This document shows, one piece after another, positions 1 through 12,303 of a stretch of DNA of 61,337 nt. The stretch comes from Ideonella sp. (GTDB lineage Bacteria; Pseudomonadota; Gammaproteobacteria; Burkholderiales; Burkholderiaceae_C), in contig JALOSQ010000004.1 of NCBI GenBank assembly GCA_025458335.1, positions 1 through 61,337 of the forward strand. The letters run 5' to 3'. The notes under the pieces were generated by a model. It searched no databases. It was not told where the DNA came from and saw nothing but the letters and a program-made list of their open reading frames with translations. The first letter of the stretch is position 1. Every line of letters begins with the position of its first letter. The translations under genes were made by a program, and so were the position numbers.

Positions 1-507
1 GCCGAAGGCGATGGCCTGTCGGTTCATCAGGTCGACGAAGGTCTCGACGCTGCCCGCGACGCCCTCGGCCAGTGCCACCGAGGCATCGTTGCCCGACTGC
101 ACGATCATGCCCTTGAGCAGTTCCTCGACGGTCGGCCTCATCGACGGGTCGATGAACATCACGGAAGTGCCGCCCTTGCGCTCGTCCCAGGCGCGGCGGG
201 ACACCGGCAGGCGTTGGTCGAGCGCGAGGCGCCCGTCTCGAATCGCGCTGAAGACGACGTAGGCGGTCATCAGCTTCGTGAGCGATGCCGGGTCGGACGG
301 CGCATCCGCCTCGCGCTCGGCCAGCGTGCGGCCGCTCGTCAGGTCGACCAGCACGTAGCTGCGTGCCGTGAGCTCGGGCACCGCCAGCGGCTGCGCGGCC
401 GTCGCGGCGGCGGCCAGCAGGGCGGGCAGCGCCACGGCCCCGGCACGTGCCAGCGGGACGGACACGGCAGACGCCAGGCCTCGAAGAAAGCGTCGGATGG
501 AAAGCAT
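1..507 (-). CDS. D-alanyl-D-alanine carboxypeptidase (serine-type, PBP5/6 family), N-terminal part; 3-prime end lies outside the window
   Basis: Absent from the ORF track because the frame is open to the window edge. My minus-strand translation from the ATG at 507 gives MLSIRRFLRGLASAVSVPLARAGAVALPALLAAAATAAQPLAVPELTARSYVLVDLTSGRTLAEREADAPSDPASLTKLMTAYVVFSAIRDGRLALDQ...LLKGMIVQSGNDASVALAEG. It has a signal peptide, SxxK (SLTK) and SxN (SGN) motifs. Confidence 0.8.
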   Translation of the reverse strand, partial: MLSIRRFLRGLASAVSVPLARAGAVALPALLAAAATAAQPLAVPELTARSYVLVDLTSGRTLAEREADAPSDPASLTKLMTAYVVFSAIRDGRLALDQRLPVSRRAWDERKGGTSVMFIDPSMRPTVEELLKGMIVQSGNDASVALAEGVAGSVETFVDLMNRQAIAFG

Positions 508-520
508 GCGATCCGGGCCG

Positions 521-1177
521 TCAGACGGCCGAGTTGGGAGCAGGCCCGCGCTGCGCCTGCAGGTGGTGGACGACGAGTTGCCGCAGCAGCGGCAGCTGGC
601 CGTGGAAGAAGTGGCCCACGCCGGGCACGACGACGACCGGCAGGTTCTGCGGGCGAGCCCAGTCCAGCACCGCGGCGAGCGGAACGACCTCGTCGGCCTC
701 CCCGTGCACGATCAGCGTGCCCGGCGGCACCGGCGCCGCGCTGAAGTTGACGACCGCCGGTGCGACCAGCACCCGGACCGCCGGTGCCTGCGGGCTGCCC
801 GCAAGACGCTGCGCGACGTGGCTGGCGACGTATCCGCCAAAGGAGAAGCCGGCCACCGCGATCGCCAGGCCCGCCGGGGACTCGGACACGGCGGCACCGA
901 GCACCGCCATGGCATCGTCGATCTCGCCCGGTCCCTCGGCCCAGACGCCCTCGGAGCGGCCGGTGCCGCGCACGTTGAAGCGCACCGCACGCCAGCCGCA
1001 TTGCACGAACGCCCGGGCGAGCGTCTGCACGACCTTGTTGTCGAGCGTGCCCCCGTGCAGCGGATGCGGGTGGCACAGCAGCGCGAGCCCGTGCGGGGCT
1101 CCCGGGGGATCGTCGATCGCGACCTCCAGGGCCCCGGCGGGCCCGGCCCACAGGAGGCGCCGCGTGCCCGCGTTCAC
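521..1177 (-). CDS. alpha/beta hydrolase (small single-domain serine hydrolase)
   Basis: 218-aa ORF with the nucleophile elbow GFSFGG, HPHPLHGG near the N-terminus, and a GEADEVVP...GHFFHG C-terminal part typical of alpha/beta hydrolases. Confidence 0.8.
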   Translation of the reverse strand: MNAGTRRLLWAGPAGALEVAIDDPPGAPHGLALLCHPHPLHGGTLDNKVVQTLARAFVQCGWRAVRFNVRGTGRSEGVWAEGPGEIDDAMAVLGAAVSESPAGLAIAVAGFSFGGYVASHVAQRLAGSPQAPAVRVLVAPAVVNFSAAPVPPGTLIVHGEADEVVPLAAVLDWARPQNLPVVVVPGVGHFFHGQLPLLRQLVVHHLQAQRGPAPNSAV

Positions 1178-1180
1178 CGG

Positions 1181-1507
1181 TCAGCGGCCAACGGTGGAGG
1201 GCAGCACCAACCGCTCGACCACCTGGCCGTCGCGAAGGTGCGAGTCGACGATCTCGTCGATGTCGTGGGCGTCGACGAACGTGTACCAGACCGCCTCGGG
1301 ATACACGACGGCCACCGGACCGCCCGCACAGCGATCGAGGCAGCCGGCCTTGTTGACCCGCACGCCCCCCGGTCCGGCCAAGCCCGCCGCCTTGACCCTG
1401 GACTTGCAGCGCTCGAAGCTCGCCTGGGCCTGGTGCTGCGCGCAGCAGGCATCGCCGTTGTCACGCTGGTTCAGGCAGAAGAAGATGTGTCGGCGGTAGT
1501 AGCTCAT
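1181..1507 (-). CDS. (2Fe-2S) ferredoxin-domain protein (thioredoxin-like ferredoxin fold)
   Basis: 108-aa ORF MSYYRRHIFFCLNQRDNGDACCAQH...KAGCLDRCAGGPVAVVYPE. The Cys pattern and the VVYPE..WY motif are typical of this family. Confidence 0.75.
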   Translation of the reverse strand: MSYYRRHIFFCLNQRDNGDACCAQHQAQASFERCKSRVKAAGLAGPGGVRVNKAGCLDRCAGGPVAVVYPEAVWYTFVDAHDIDEIVDSHLRDGQVVERLVLPSTVGR

Positions 1508-1561
1508 CGTGCTGATTCTAGGAAGCGCGCCGCGGCAGACGCTCGCGGTGGGTCGCGACGA

Positions 1562-2689
1562 TCAGGGCCGCCGCTCGGACAGGCGGACCAGCAGATACGC
1601 CATCGCCGCGAAGGGCCACAGCCACCCGACCCACTGGGCGGCCCCATGGAGACGGACGAAGCGCCCCTGCTCCCAGGCCTTGAGGCTCTGGGCGAAGTAC
1701 GGATCGGCCGGCGCGATCGCGACCAGCATGACCAGGGCCGTCAGGGCGACGAGCCCGAGCGCGGCGGCCACCCGCTGAGGCAGCCACGCCGCCAGCAGCG
1801 CCGCGATCGTGCCGGCGAGGAAACCCGCCTCGGCCGGACCAGTGCGCCACGCCAGCGCGTGCTGTGGACCGAAGTTGAGCGCGGTCGACAGCGTCAGCGC
1901 GCCGAAGCCGGCGGCGGCGGCCCCCGCCACGAGCACGACCCGCCGCCACCCCGGTCGCGCGATGGCGATCGCCATCAGGGCAGGTGCCACCAGGCCGAGC
2001 GCGACGGTGAACGCTTCGACAGCCGGCCCGAAGTGCACACCCGAGGCGATCGGGCCGAGCGCCTCGGCGGTCAGCCACGCCCAACCGGGCTCACCCGCGA
2101 CCACCCCCTCCGGCGAGCCACGCCAGGACTCGACCACGCGACCGATCTGGGGCCCCAGGCCAAGGGCGACCGGCGTCGGGATGAGCAAGCCGACGGGCCA
2201 CAGCAGCAGCAGCGTGGTGCCGCCGGTGCGCCGCGGCTCGAACCAGCGGTCGTGCAGCGAGGCGCCCTGGTCGAGCCAGCCGAGCGCCTGCACCGCCGCG
2301 GCCACCACCACGCCCGCCGTCGCGCCGGCGACGTTCCAGGCGAGGTCGAGGCTGGACGGTACGCGCGGCGGCAGGAAGTTCTGCAGCACCTCCATCGCGA
2401 GCGACAAGGCCGCCGCCACGGCGACCGCCGCCAGTGCGGCGGGTCCGCCGCGCCAGCCCGCGGCCCGCACGAAGGCCAGGTGCAGCATGGCGCCGAGCGG
2501 CAGGTAGCCCAGCACGTTGAGCCAGGCGTCGGCCTCGGTCCAGCGGCTCGGCCATGGCACGCGCACGTCGCGCCAGGCGGACCAGCCGGCGGGGTGGTCC
2601 CACCCGGTGAGCGGATACAGGCTGGCGTAGACGACCAAGACGGCCGCGACGGCGGCCAGGGGGATGGCGGCGCTTCGGCGTGCCGGCAT
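1562..2689 (-). CDS. VanZ-family integral membrane protein
   Basis: 375-aa multi-TM ORF. The N-terminal part, LYPLTGW...NVLGYLPLGAML...LSLAMEVLQNFLPPRVPSSLDLAWNVAGA, matches the VanZ-like pattern. Confidence 0.7.
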   Translation of the reverse strand: MPARRSAAIPLAAVAAVLVVYASLYPLTGWDHPAGWSAWRDVRVPWPSRWTEADAWLNVLGYLPLGAMLHLAFVRAAGWRGGPAALAAVAVAAALSLAMEVLQNFLPPRVPSSLDLAWNVAGATAGVVVAAAVQALGWLDQGASLHDRWFEPRRTGGTTLLLLWPVGLLIPTPVALGLGPQIGRVVESWRGSPEGVVAGEPGWAWLTAEALGPIASGVHFGPAVEAFTVALGLVAPALMAIAIARPGWRRVVLVAGAAAAGFGALTLSTALNFGPQHALAWRTGPAEAGFLAGTIAALLAAWLPQRVAAALGLVALTALVMLVAIAPADPYFAQSLKAWEQGRFVRLHGAAQWVGWLWPFAAMAYLLVRLSERRP

Positions 2690-2723
2690 CGGCGTCGGTG
2701 GCGCGTGGGGTGGAGACCAGGCC

Positions 2724-3146
2724 TCAGAACGGCTTGACGACGACGAGCACCACCATGCCGATGAACAGCAGCACCGACACCTCGTTGAACACGCGGTACC
2801 ACCGATGCGGCCGACGGTTCTCCATCCGCTCGAACCGGCGCAGGATCGTGCCGCAGGTGAAGTGGTAGCCGATGGTCAGCACCACGAGCGCCAGCTTGGC
2901 ATGCATCCAGCCCGCCTGCACCGCACCGAACGGCCCCAGCCACAGCCACAGGCCGAGGACGAGCGACGCGATCATCAGGATCGTCGCAAAGCGATAGAGC
3001 TTGCGCCCCATCAGCAAGAGGCGCTCCCGCTCGGCGTGGCTGTCGGGCGCCACCATGGCGAGGTTCACGAAGATCCGCGGCAGATAGAACAGGCCCGCGA
3101 ACCAGCTCGCGACGAAGACGATGTGAAAGGCCTTGAGCCAGAGCAT
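2724..3146 (-). CDS. hemJ: protoporphyrinogen IX oxidase HemJ (UPF0093/CopD-like)
   Basis: The internal ATG at 3146 of track ORF 2724..3443 gives 140 aa, MLWLKAFHIVFVASWFAGLFYLPRIFVNLA...HFTCGTILRRFE, with 4 TM helices. The 99 upstream codons of the track ORF run through a terminator hairpin and do not look coding. Confidence 0.85.
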   Translation of the reverse strand: MLWLKAFHIVFVASWFAGLFYLPRIFVNLAMVAPDSHAERERLLLMGRKLYRFATILMIASLVLGLWLWLGPFGAVQAGWMHAKLALVVLTIGYHFTCGTILRRFERMENRRPHRWYRVFNEVSVLLFIGMVVLVVVKPF

Positions 3147-3196
3147 CGCGGCATTATCGCGACCCCCCGTTCCAAGGGTTTGCGGCGACAGGCCCG

Positions 3197-4419
<1,223 letters not shown>

Positions 4420-4420
<1 letters not shown>

Positions 4421-5520
4421 TGCGGGTCTTCCACATCGGCGTCGACCAGTTCGTCGAGCTCGACGGCCTGCCGGAGGTGCTGCCGGCGGACGGTTTCGTC
4501 TGGGTCGGCAGCGCGCGGCCGGAGTTCGAGGCTCGCAGCAGCGAGTTGCAGGCCGCCTTGCAGCGCTGGACCGGCGGGTCACTGGTCGACCTGCACGTGG
4601 CCGACCTGGTCAACCACGGGCTGCCCAGCCACTACGACTACACGTCGTGGTACGACCTGCTGGTGTTCAGGCGGCTGGCCGCCGGCGCCGGCAGCGCCGG
4701 CCCGGTCGTGGACGGGCCACGCGGCTCGATCGCCTCGGCGCGGCGCGTCCTGGAGTCGATCGACACCAGCCCGGTGGGGTTCGCGGTGTTCGACCGGGTG
4801 CTCGTCACCGTGCATCCTGTCGATTGCGCCGTTCGCGAGCACTTCGCGCAGCGATTCGCCGGGCTCGCCGCGGGCGGCACCGACGTGCGCACGGGATCGC
4901 GCCTGCCGTCCAGCGCGGCCGACCTGATGCTGCGCATGGTCAATCACATGGTCGACAGCTACCTCGACCTGCGACGACTGCTCGCCCGGCAGCTGGGTGA
5001 CCTGCAGCACCTCCTGCTCGATCCGCGCAGCCGTTTCTCGGACTGGTCGGTGCTGCTCGAGTCGCGCAACACCTTGCACCTGCTCGAGGACACCTGCGAG
5101 GACCAGCGCAGCGCGGTCCAGGAGTGGATCGACGCCCTGGACGAATGGCCCGACGAGGCGGACCCGCAGGCCCGCCGGGACCGCGAACTGCTGCGCGTGC
5201 GCTCACGCGACGTGCTCGAGCACATCGAGCGCGTGCTGAGCCACGTGCGCCGTCTCGAGAGCTCGGCCGAGACCGCGGTGCAGATGCACTTCCTGGCGGT
5301 GGGCAACCGCACCAACGACATCATGCGCACGCTGACGGTGCTGACCGCGATCTTCCTGCCGCTCAACCTGGTGACCGGGTTCTTCGGCATGAACTTCGAC
5401 GGGCTGCCGTTGATCCACAGCTCGACCGGGGTCTGGATGGCCAGCGCGATGATGCTCATCATCGCAGTGACGCTGGGGGCCTACTTCTGGCGCAAGCGCT
5501 ACCTCGGCGCCGCCCGCTGA
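4420..5520 (+). CDS. CorA-family divalent metal transporter (CorA-like)
   Basis: 366 aa with two C-terminal TM helices and a GMN motif (VTGFFGMNFDGLP). The start overlaps the hemB stop (TGATG). Confidence 0.85.
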
Positions 5521-5550
5521 GCGAGGGGGACAAGCGCGACCGGGGGGCCC

Positions 5551-6006
5551 TCAGCCCGCCGTCTCGTCGTGCCGCCAGGGGTCCGGGAACCCGAGCCAGC
5601 CCATCAGGCGCGACTCTTCGCGCTCCATCCGGCGTGCCTCGGCGGCACGCAGGTGGTCCCAGCCCTGGGCATGGAGCGTGCCGTGCACCAGCAGGTGCGC
5701 GTAGTGCGCGTCGAGCGCGATGCCACGCTCGACGGCCTCGCGCTCGATGACCGGGGCGCACAGGACCAGGTCGGCCTGCACCACCGGATCACGCGCGTAG
5801 TCGAACGTGAGCACGTTGGTGGCGTAGTCCTTGCCGCGATAGTCGCGGTTCAGCGTCCGGCCTTCCGTTTCGCCGACGATGCGCACCGCGATCTCGCCGG
5901 GCCGCTCCAGCGCGGCCCGGATCCATCGCGCCACGCGGTGGCGAGGCAGCAGCGCCCGCGCCGAGCGGTCGGCGAACTGCAGGGACAGGCTGAGGGGCGG
6001 TTTCAC
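5551..6006 (-). CDS. ybeY: rRNA maturation endoribonuclease YbeY
   Basis: 151 aa with the [15 protein letters not shown] zinc motif. There is a 4-nt overlap with the upstream phoH-like gene. Confidence 0.95.
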   Translation of the reverse strand: MKPPLSLSLQFADRSARALLPRHRVARWIRAALERPGEIAVRIVGETEGRTLNRDYRGKDYATNVLTFDYARDPVVQADLVLCAPVIEREAVERGIALDAHYAHLLVHGTLHAQGWDHLRAAEARRMEREESRLMGWLGFPDPWRHDETAG

Positions 6007-7055
6007 GCGCCGCCGCCGCGCGGGGGCGTCCCTCCCGCGGCGTCCTTCGGCGTGCGCGCGGCGGCCGCACGGACCGGCCGACGCTCGGGCCCGGCGCCCG
6101 GTGGCTCCCCCCGGTCACCGGACGAGGCGGCGTCGTAGGCCTCGACGATGCGTGCGACCAGGGGATGGCGCACCACGTCGGCCGAGGTGAACGCGGTGAA
6201 GGCGACCCCCGGGACGCGGCGCAGCAGGCGCTCGGCCTCGACCAGCCCGCTGTCCACGCCGCGCGGCAGGTCGACCTGACTCACGTCGCCCGTGACCACG
6301 GCCTTGCTGCCGAAGCCGATGCGGGTCAGGAACATCTTCATCTGCTCGCGTGTGGTGTTCTGCGCCTCGTCGAGGATCACGAACGCGTGGTTGAGCGTGC
6401 GCCCGCGCATGAAGGCCAGCGGCGCGATCTCCAGGAGGCCCTTCTCGAAGGCCCGGGTGACACGGTCGAAACCCATCAGGTCGTACAGCGCGTCGTACAG
6501 CGGCCGCAAGTAGGGGTCGACCTTCTGCGCCAGGTCTCCCGGCAGGAAGCCGAGCCGCTCGCCGGCCTCGACGGCGGGCCGCGTGAGCACGATCCGCTGC
6601 ACCGCGCTGCGCTCGAGGGCATCGACGGCGCAGGCCACGGCCAGGAAGGTCTTGCCTGTGCCCGCCGGCCCGATGCCGAACGTCAGGTCGTGGTCCAGGA
6701 TCTGGCGCAGGTACTGCACCTGGTTCGGGGTCCGGCCGGCCAGGTGCGCGCGGCGCGTGCGGAGCACGCGTTCGTCGCCGGCCTGCGCGGAGGACGCGTC
6801 GGTGCGCTGCGCGGCCACGGCGAGGTCGACGTCCTCCGGACCGAGACCCCGGTCCGCGCGCTCGTAGAGTTGCTGGATCGCCGCAGCCGCCTGCTGCACG
6901 GCGACCTGAGGCCCCTCCAGGTCGAGGCTCGCGTGGCGACGCACGATGCGCACCTTCAGCGCCTCGGCGATCCGGTGCAGGTGCTCGTCGAGCGGTCCGC
7001 ACAGGTTCGCCAGGCGGCGGTTGTCCGGCGGGGACAGGTCGTGGTGGAGGATCAA
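6003..7055 (-). CDS. ybeZ: PhoH-family ATPase (YbeZ-like)
   Basis: It is the C-terminal 350 codons of track ORF 6003..7607. It has Walker [27 protein letters not shown] and ILDEAQN. The N-terminus [25 protein letters not shown] aligns with YbeZ N-termini. I place the start at TTG 7055, so the start is uncertain. Confidence 0.85.
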   Translation of the reverse strand: MILHHDLSPPDNRRLANLCGPLDEHLHRIAEALKVRIVRRHASLDLEGPQVAVQQAAAAIQQLYERADRGLGPEDVDLAVAAQRTDASSAQAGDERVLRTRRAHLAGRTPNQVQYLRQILDHDLTFGIGPAGTGKTFLAVACAVDALERSAVQRIVLTRPAVEAGERLGFLPGDLAQKVDPYLRPLYDALYDLMGFDRVTRAFEKGLLEIAPLAFMRGRTLNHAFVILDEAQNTTREQMKMFLTRIGFGSKAVVTGDVSQVDLPRGVDSGLVEAERLLRRVPGVAFTAFTSADVVRHPLVARIVEAYDAASSGDRGEPPGAGPERRPVRAAAARTPKDAAGGTPPRGGGA

Positions 7056-7179
7056 GGGGCGGACGACGGAGCGGCTTCGTCGAGACGGCCTTCGATTGTC
7101 TCGCGATCCCGGCAATGCGTCGCGTCCGTGGCGGGCGGGGCCCGTCGGGGCGCGCAGCGGTCCGACACAATCCCGCGCG

Positions 7180-9168
7180 ATGAATCGCAGGTGCTTCGAC
7201 GGTGTCGCCAGCCGGGTGTGGCGTGCTGCCGTGTCGACCGGGATCGTCGTGGCCCTGCGCCTCGCGGCGCTCGTCGGGCCGGCCCTGGTCGCGGGTGGCG
7301 CGGCGAGTGCCGCGGTCGAGGCCCCATCGACGGGCGGCGCGACGCGCACGGCGCCGTCGGACGAGCGCGGCGTCGTCCGGCTGGACGTGGCGTGGTTCGC
7401 GGTTTCAGCGCAATCGCGGTTCCCGCTCCAGGAGCAGGCGGTGCCCGTCGCGCTGCCGCACGACTGGCCCTTCGACGCGGACGAGGGCCAGCGCTCGGCC
7501 TGGTTCCGGCTCGGATTCGACCTCCCGGGCCCCGACCCCGGTGCGGGGGATGGCGCGACCGGCATCCTGCTGCGACACGCCTGCGGGCACCTGCGGATCC
7601 AGGTCAACGGCGTGACGGTTCACGCCGACCCGCCCCAGCGCCCGGCCATCGCCCGAGGCTGCGACCAGCCCCGCCTGATCGGGGTGCCGCGCACGCTCCT
7701 GCAGCCCGCGGGGAACGTGCTCGACATTCAACTCGAGGGCACGCCGCTGCGGGAAGTCACGTCGCGCCAGCGCGCGGGGAGCCTGGCGCCGGTCGAGGTC
7801 GGTCCGTACGCGGCGCTCGAGCGAAGCCACGACACGCTGCACGCCTGGCAGGTGTTGGCCGTGCGAGTGGCCGGCCTCACGCTGGCGCTCCTGGGCATCT
7901 TCCTGGCGGCCATGGGCTGGCTGAACCGCCGGGACCCGGCCTTCGTGTACTTCGCGCTGATGGCCCTGGCCTGGTCGGTGGTCGTCCTGGGCAGCGGATG
8001 GGCCTCGGGGGCATCGTCGGCGTTCTGGGCCGAGTGGGCGCTGGCCAGCGCCTATGCGCCGGTCGCGGCCCTGGCGACGCTGTTCCTGCTGCGCCAGGCC
8101 GACCTTCGCGTGGCCCGGGTCGACCAGGCAGTCGTGGCCAGTGCGGTCGCGGTGCCGCTGGTACTGGCCATCGGCGGGTCGTCGCACGCATTCGTCCTGG
8201 CCCAGGTCGCTCATGCCGTGCTCGCGCTGCAGGTGGTGGTGGCCGCGGTGTGGAGCCTCGCGGAGCTGCGCCGCCTGAGGCGCGAGGACTTCGGGGTCAT
8301 GGCGGTGCTGGCCGCGGCGGCCGGCGGCCTGGTGGCGCTCGAGCTCGGGATCCAGACCGGGCGTGTCTCGCCGCCGGTGGTCCCGGTCGGCGCGCTGGGC
8401 CTGTCGCTGCTGGTCGCCGTGCTGGCCTTCCGGCTTGCGCAAGGGCTGGCGGAGGCGCTGGCCCGCGCCGAGACCGGTCGTGCCCAGATGCAGGACCGCG
8501 TCGCGGAGGTGACCGCCGAGATCGAGCGCAACTTCGCCCAGCTGGCCGAGTTGCGGGTCGAGCAGGTGACCGAGAAGGAGCGCAAGCGAATCGCGGCCGA
8601 CCTGCACGACGACCTCGGCGCCAAGCTGCTGACGATCGTGCACACCAGCGAGTCGGAGCGGATCTCGACGCTCGCGCGGGAGGCCCTCGAGGAAATGCGG
8701 CTGTCCGTGCGCGGGCTGACCGGCAAGCCGGTGCGAGTCGCCGACGCGCTGGCGGACTGGCGCGTCGAGACCGTCGGCCGCCTCGCCCAGGCCGGCATCG
8801 AGGCCGACTGGCGCAGCCCCACGGAGGAAGGCGACCAGCGGCTGGCCGCCCGCACCTATGTGCAGACCACCCGCATCCTGCGCGAGGCCACGAGCAACGT
8901 CATCAAGCACAGCGGCGCCTCGTTCGTGAAGGTGCGCTGCGCGATCGGCACCGACGACTTCGTCCTGGTCATCCAGGACAACGGCAAGGGCATCTCGACC
9001 GAGATGAGCGGCAAGCTCGACCGCGGCCAGGGCATGTACAGCATGAAGAACCGGGCCAAGCAGATGCAGGGCCAGTGCCTGGTCGAGTCCGGTCCGGGGT
9101 ACGGAACCGTGATCAGGCTCACGCTGCCGCTGAACGAGCGCACCACCGCAGCCGCCGCGGCCTCATGA
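7180..9168 (+). CDS. sensor histidine kinase: 7TMR-DISM-type N-terminal sensor plus 7TM, HisKA_3 and HATPase_c
   Basis: ATG at 7180 within track ORF 6946..9168. It has a signal-like N-terminus, an extracytoplasmic domain, about 7 TM helices, a coiled coil, the H-box AADLHDDLGAKL and the ATPase G-boxes DNGKGI / GQGMYSM. Confidence 0.85.
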   Translation: MNRRCFDGVASRVWRAAVSTGIVVALRLAALVGPALVAGGAASAAVEAPSTGGATRTAPSDERGVVRLDVAWFAVSAQSRFPLQEQAVPVALPHDWPFDADEGQRSAWFRLGFDLPGPDPGAGDGATGILLRHACGHLRIQVNGVTVHADPPQRPAIARGCDQPRLIGVPRTLLQPAGNVLDIQLEGTPLREVTSRQRAGSLAPVEVGPYAALERSHDTLHAWQVLAVRVAGLTLALLGIFLAAMGWLNRRDPAFVYFALMALAWSVVVLGSGWASGASSAFWAEWALASAYAPVAALATLFLLRQADLRVARVDQAVVASAVAVPLVLAIGGSSHAFVLAQVAHAVLALQVVVAAVWSLAELRRLRREDFGVMAVLAAAAGGLVALELGIQTGRVSPPVVPVGALGLSLLVAVLAFRLAQGLAEALARAETGRAQMQDRVAEVTAEIERNFAQLAELRVEQVTEKERKRIAADLHDDLGAKLLTIVHTSESERISTLAREALEEMRLSVRGLTGKPVRVADALADWRVETVGRLAQAGIEADWRSPTEEGDQRLAARTYVQTTRILREATSNVIKHSGASFVKVRCAIGTDDFVLVIQDNGKGISTEMSGKLDRGQGMYSMKNRAKQMQGQCLVESGPGYGTVIRLTLPLNERTTAAAAAS

Positions 9169-9250
9169 AGCCGGCGGCCTTGGACGATATTCGGTGACGC
9201 GTCCGGGCGGTCCCGGATCCGCCGACCATGCGCGCCCAGGGAGCCCGACG

Positions 9251-9913
9251 ATGAACCAGATCCTGCTGCTCGAAGACCTGCCCCAGATCCGCCACTGGAT
9301 GAACGCCCTGGTGTCCGAGGTGTTCCCGCAGGCCAAGATCTACGAGGCGGCTCGGGTCCACGATGCGCTGGAACTGGTCGCTTCCACCCGCTTCGACCTC
9401 GCCCTCGTCGACCTCGGCCTGCCCGACGGCTCCGGCGTGGATGTGGTGACCGCGCTGCGCGAGAAGCAGCCGGAGGCCCAGGCGGTCGTGGTCACGATCC
9501 ACGACGACGACGAACACCTCTTCCCGGCGCTGCAGGCCGGCGCCTTCGGCTACGTGCTCAAGGAGCAGGCCCGCGAGCTGATCGCCGAGCAGCTCAAGCG
9601 CATGAGCCAGGGCGAGCCGCCGCTGTCGCCCTCGATCGCGCGCCGCGTCATTGCCTACTTCGCCGCGCAGGCCAAGGCCCAGGCGCCGATCGACAACTCG
9701 CCGCTGCCGCACGTCAGCCTCACCGAGCGCGAGAGCGAGGTGCTGCTGCGCGTGGCCAAGGGCTTCACGCTGCCGGAGATCGCGGTCCAGCTGGGCCTGT
9801 CGCGCCACACCATCGCGGACTACGTCAAGCAGATCTACCGCAAGCTCAACGTGAGCTCGCGCGCCGAGGCCGCGCTCGAGGCGCAGCGGCTGGGGCTGTT
9901 CCGGCGCGCCTGA
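9251..9913 (+). CDS. NarL/FixJ-family response regulator (REC plus LuxR-type HTH)
   Basis: Sequence is [12 protein letters not shown]...[14 protein letters not shown]...[43 protein letters not shown]. Start taken at the internal ATG 9251. Confidence 0.9.
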   Translation: MNQILLLEDLPQIRHWMNALVSEVFPQAKIYEAARVHDALELVASTRFDLALVDLGLPDGSGVDVVTALREKQPEAQAVVVTIHDDDEHLFPALQAGAFGYVLKEQARELIAEQLKRMSQGEPPLSPSIARRVIAYFAAQAKAQAPIDNSPLPHVSLTERESEVLLRVAKGFTLPEIAVQLGLSRHTIADYVKQIYRKLNVSSRAEAALEAQRLGLFRRA

Positions 9914-9941
9914 GGTCGGCGGCGTCCGGATAATCGGGCGC

Positions 9942-10514
9942 ATGATCGGACGCCTCGTCGGCACCCTCGCGGCCAAGACGCCCCCGCAGATCCTGGTCGA
10001 CGTCGGCGGCGTCGGCTACGAGGTCGACGTGCCGATGAGCAGCTTCTACAGCCTGCCGGGCCTCGGGGAGCGGGTCACGCTGCTGACCCACTTCGTGGTG
10101 CGCGAGGATGCGCAGGTGCTGTTCGGCTTCCTCACGGAGCCGGAACGGCATGCGTTCCGGCAGTTGCTGAAGATCTCGGGCGTAGGGCCGCGCACCGCGC
10201 TGGCACTGCTGTCGGGCTTGTCGGTGTCCGACCTCGTGCAGGCCGTGTCGCTGCAGGAGCCCGGTCGGCTGGTCAAGGTGCCGGGCATCGGCAGGAAGAC
10301 CGCCGAGCGCCTGCTGCTGGAACTGCGCGGCAAGCTCGGCGACGCCCTGCCGGCGGCCGCGGTCGCGCCCGGCAGCGCGCAGCACGACATCACCCAGGCC
10401 CTGCTGGCGCTCGGCTACAACGAGCGGGAGGCCGCCGCGGCAATCAAGGCGCTGCCACCGGACATCGGCGTCGCCGACGGCATCAAGGCCGCCCTGCGCA
10501 GCCTGGCCCGCTGA
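9942..10514 (+). CDS. ruvA: Holliday junction branch migration complex subunit RuvA
   Basis: 190 aa, MIGRLVGTL...[10 protein letters not shown]...[12 protein letters not shown]...[12 protein letters not shown]. Confidence 0.95.
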   Translation: MIGRLVGTLAAKTPPQILVDVGGVGYEVDVPMSSFYSLPGLGERVTLLTHFVVREDAQVLFGFLTEPERHAFRQLLKISGVGPRTALALLSGLSVSDLVQAVSLQEPGRLVKVPGIGRKTAERLLLELRGKLGDALPAAAVAPGSAQHDITQALLALGYNEREAAAAIKALPPDIGVADGIKAALRSLAR

Positions 10515-10541
10515 GCCGGCGAGGGTGGTTCAATCGGCGCC

Positions 10542-11594
10542 ATGACGATCCACACCGACGACTTCGGGCCGGCACGGCGCATGGTCGGCGCGGCGCCCGC
10601 CTCGCCGAACGAAGAGGCCCTGGAGCGGGCCCTGCGGCCGAAGCAGCTGCAGGAGTACGTCGGACAGGCCAAGGCGCGCGAGCAGCTCGAGATCTTCATC
10701 GGCGCGGCACGCGCCCGCGGCGAGGCGCTCGACCACGTGCTGCTGTTCGGTCCCCCGGGGCTGGGCAAGACGACGCTGGCCCACATCGTGGCCGCCGAAC
10801 TCGGCGTGAACCTTCGGCAGACCTCCGGCCCGGTGCTCGAGAAACCCAAGGACCTGGCCGCCCTGCTCACGAACCTCGAGCGCAACGACGTCCTGTTCAT
10901 CGACGAGATCCACCGGCTGAGCCCGGTCGTCGAGGAGATCCTCTACCCGGCGCTCGAGGACTACCAGATCGACATCATGATCGGCGAGGGCCCGGCTGCA
11001 CGGTCGATCAAGCTCGACCTGCAGCCGTTCACCCTGGTGGGGGCGACCACGCGCGCCGGCATGCTGACGAACCCGCTGCGCGACCGCTTCGGGATCGTGG
11101 CGCGGCTGGAGTTCTACACGCCCGACGAACTCGAGCGCATCGTGCGGCGATCGGCCGGGTTGCTCGAGGTGCCCATCGACGCAGCCGGGGCCGGCGAGAT
11201 CGCGCGGCGCGCCCGCGGGACGCCGCGCATCGCCAACCGGCTGCTGCGGCGCGTGCGCGACTATGCCCAGGTGCGTGCCGACGGCCGCATCGGCCGCGAG
11301 GTCGCCGACGCGGCACTGGCCATGCTCGACGTCGATCCCGAGGGCTTCGACGTGATGGACCGCAAGCTGCTCGAGGCGGTGGTGCTGCGCTTCGACGGCG
11401 GTCCCGTGGGCCTGGACAACGTCGCCGCCGCGATCGGCGAGGAACGCGACACGATCGAGGACGTCATCGAACCGTACCTGATCCAGCGCGGCTACCTGCA
11501 GCGCACGCCGCGCGGGCGCATCGCCACCCTCGCGACCTATCGGCACCTTGGCCTCGCGCCGCCCGCGGGCGCCGGCGGCGACCTGTTCCGCTAG
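10542..11594 (+). CDS. ruvB: Holliday junction DNA helicase RuvB
   Basis: 350 aa with [12 protein letters not shown], Walker [18 protein letters not shown] and [15 protein letters not shown]. Confidence 0.97.
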   Translation: MTIHTDDFGPARRMVGAAPASPNEEALERALRPKQLQEYVGQAKAREQLEIFIGAARARGEALDHVLLFGPPGLGKTTLAHIVAAELGVNLRQTSGPVLEKPKDLAALLTNLERNDVLFIDEIHRLSPVVEEILYPALEDYQIDIMIGEGPAARSIKLDLQPFTLVGATTRAGMLTNPLRDRFGIVARLEFYTPDELERIVRRSAGLLEVPIDAAGAGEIARRARGTPRIANRLLRRVRDYAQVRADGRIGREVADAALAMLDVDPEGFDVMDRKLLEAVVLRFDGGPVGLDNVAAAIGEERDTIEDVIEPYLIQRGYLQRTPRGRIATLATYRHLGLAPPAGAGGDLFR

Positions 11595-11760
11595 CGGGGT
11601 CGTGGCGCCCGTCACGGGAACCTCCGCGGGGGACCCGATGTCACACCGCCGTCACGCTTGTCAGCCCCGGCGGTCGGGAGCACACTGGGCCGCTCCCCGT
11701 GGATTTCCGGGGCAGCCGCCGCGGATCCACCCGTCCAGCACGCCCCACCAAGGAGTGTTC

Positions 11761-12102
11761 ATGAACCTGACGATCAGCGGTCACCACCTCGAAGTCACCC
11801 CGGCCCTTCGTGAGTACGTGCTCACAAAGCTCGAACGGGTCACTCGGCACTTCGACCGTGTCGTCGATGTCAACGTGCTGCTCACCGTCGAGAAGCTGAA
11901 GGAAAAGGAACGGCGCCAGCGCGCCGAGGTGACCTTGCACGTCAAGGGCAAGGACATCTTCGTCGAGCAGTCGCACGAGGATCTCTACGCCGCCATCGAC
12001 CAGGTCATGGACAAGCTCGACCGGCAGGTCGTCCGCCACAAGGACAAGGTCCAGGCACATCATCACGTGGCCGCCAAGCACATCGGCGAAGCGCCTCGCT
12101 GA
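11761..12102 (+). CDS. hpf: ribosome hibernation promoting factor (sigma-54 modulation protein family)
   Basis: An internal ATG preceded by AAGGAG gives 113 aa, [32 protein letters not shown]... Confidence 0.9.
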   Translation: MNLTISGHHLEVTPALREYVLTKLERVTRHFDRVVDVNVLLTVEKLKEKERRQRAEVTLHVKGKDIFVEQSHEDLYAAIDQVMDKLDRQVVRHKDKVQAHHHVAAKHIGEAPR

Positions 12103-12303
12103 CCGCCCAGGGCCGCTTCACAGGCGTCGACCGCCGCGTTCGACCCCGATGTTGCAATTTGTTGCTGCGATGCAGCATCGAACCGGCGGTCGCGTCCATC
12201 CGGCAATCGAAGGGCTTTGCGCTTTGGAGGCCCTCCCTATACTCCGCGACCTTCTCGTGCCCGGACCGGCGTCCAAGGTCTTCCGTCAGCGCCGTCTCGA
12301 TCG

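Noticed and set aside
368-2737. Very long ORFs in the track, for example 368..2737 (+), 6165..9197 (+), 16346..19399 (-), 28475..31021 (-), 32512..34782 (-), 47622..50594 (+) and 50947..53424 (-).
   Set aside because: They lie antisense or out of frame to genes with clear family signatures (VanZ, the histidine kinase, leuS, the EAL protein, glnE, yhdP). Their translations are Arg/Ala/Gly/Pro-rich low-complexity strings typical of shadow frames in high-GC DNA, and they have no recognisable motifs.
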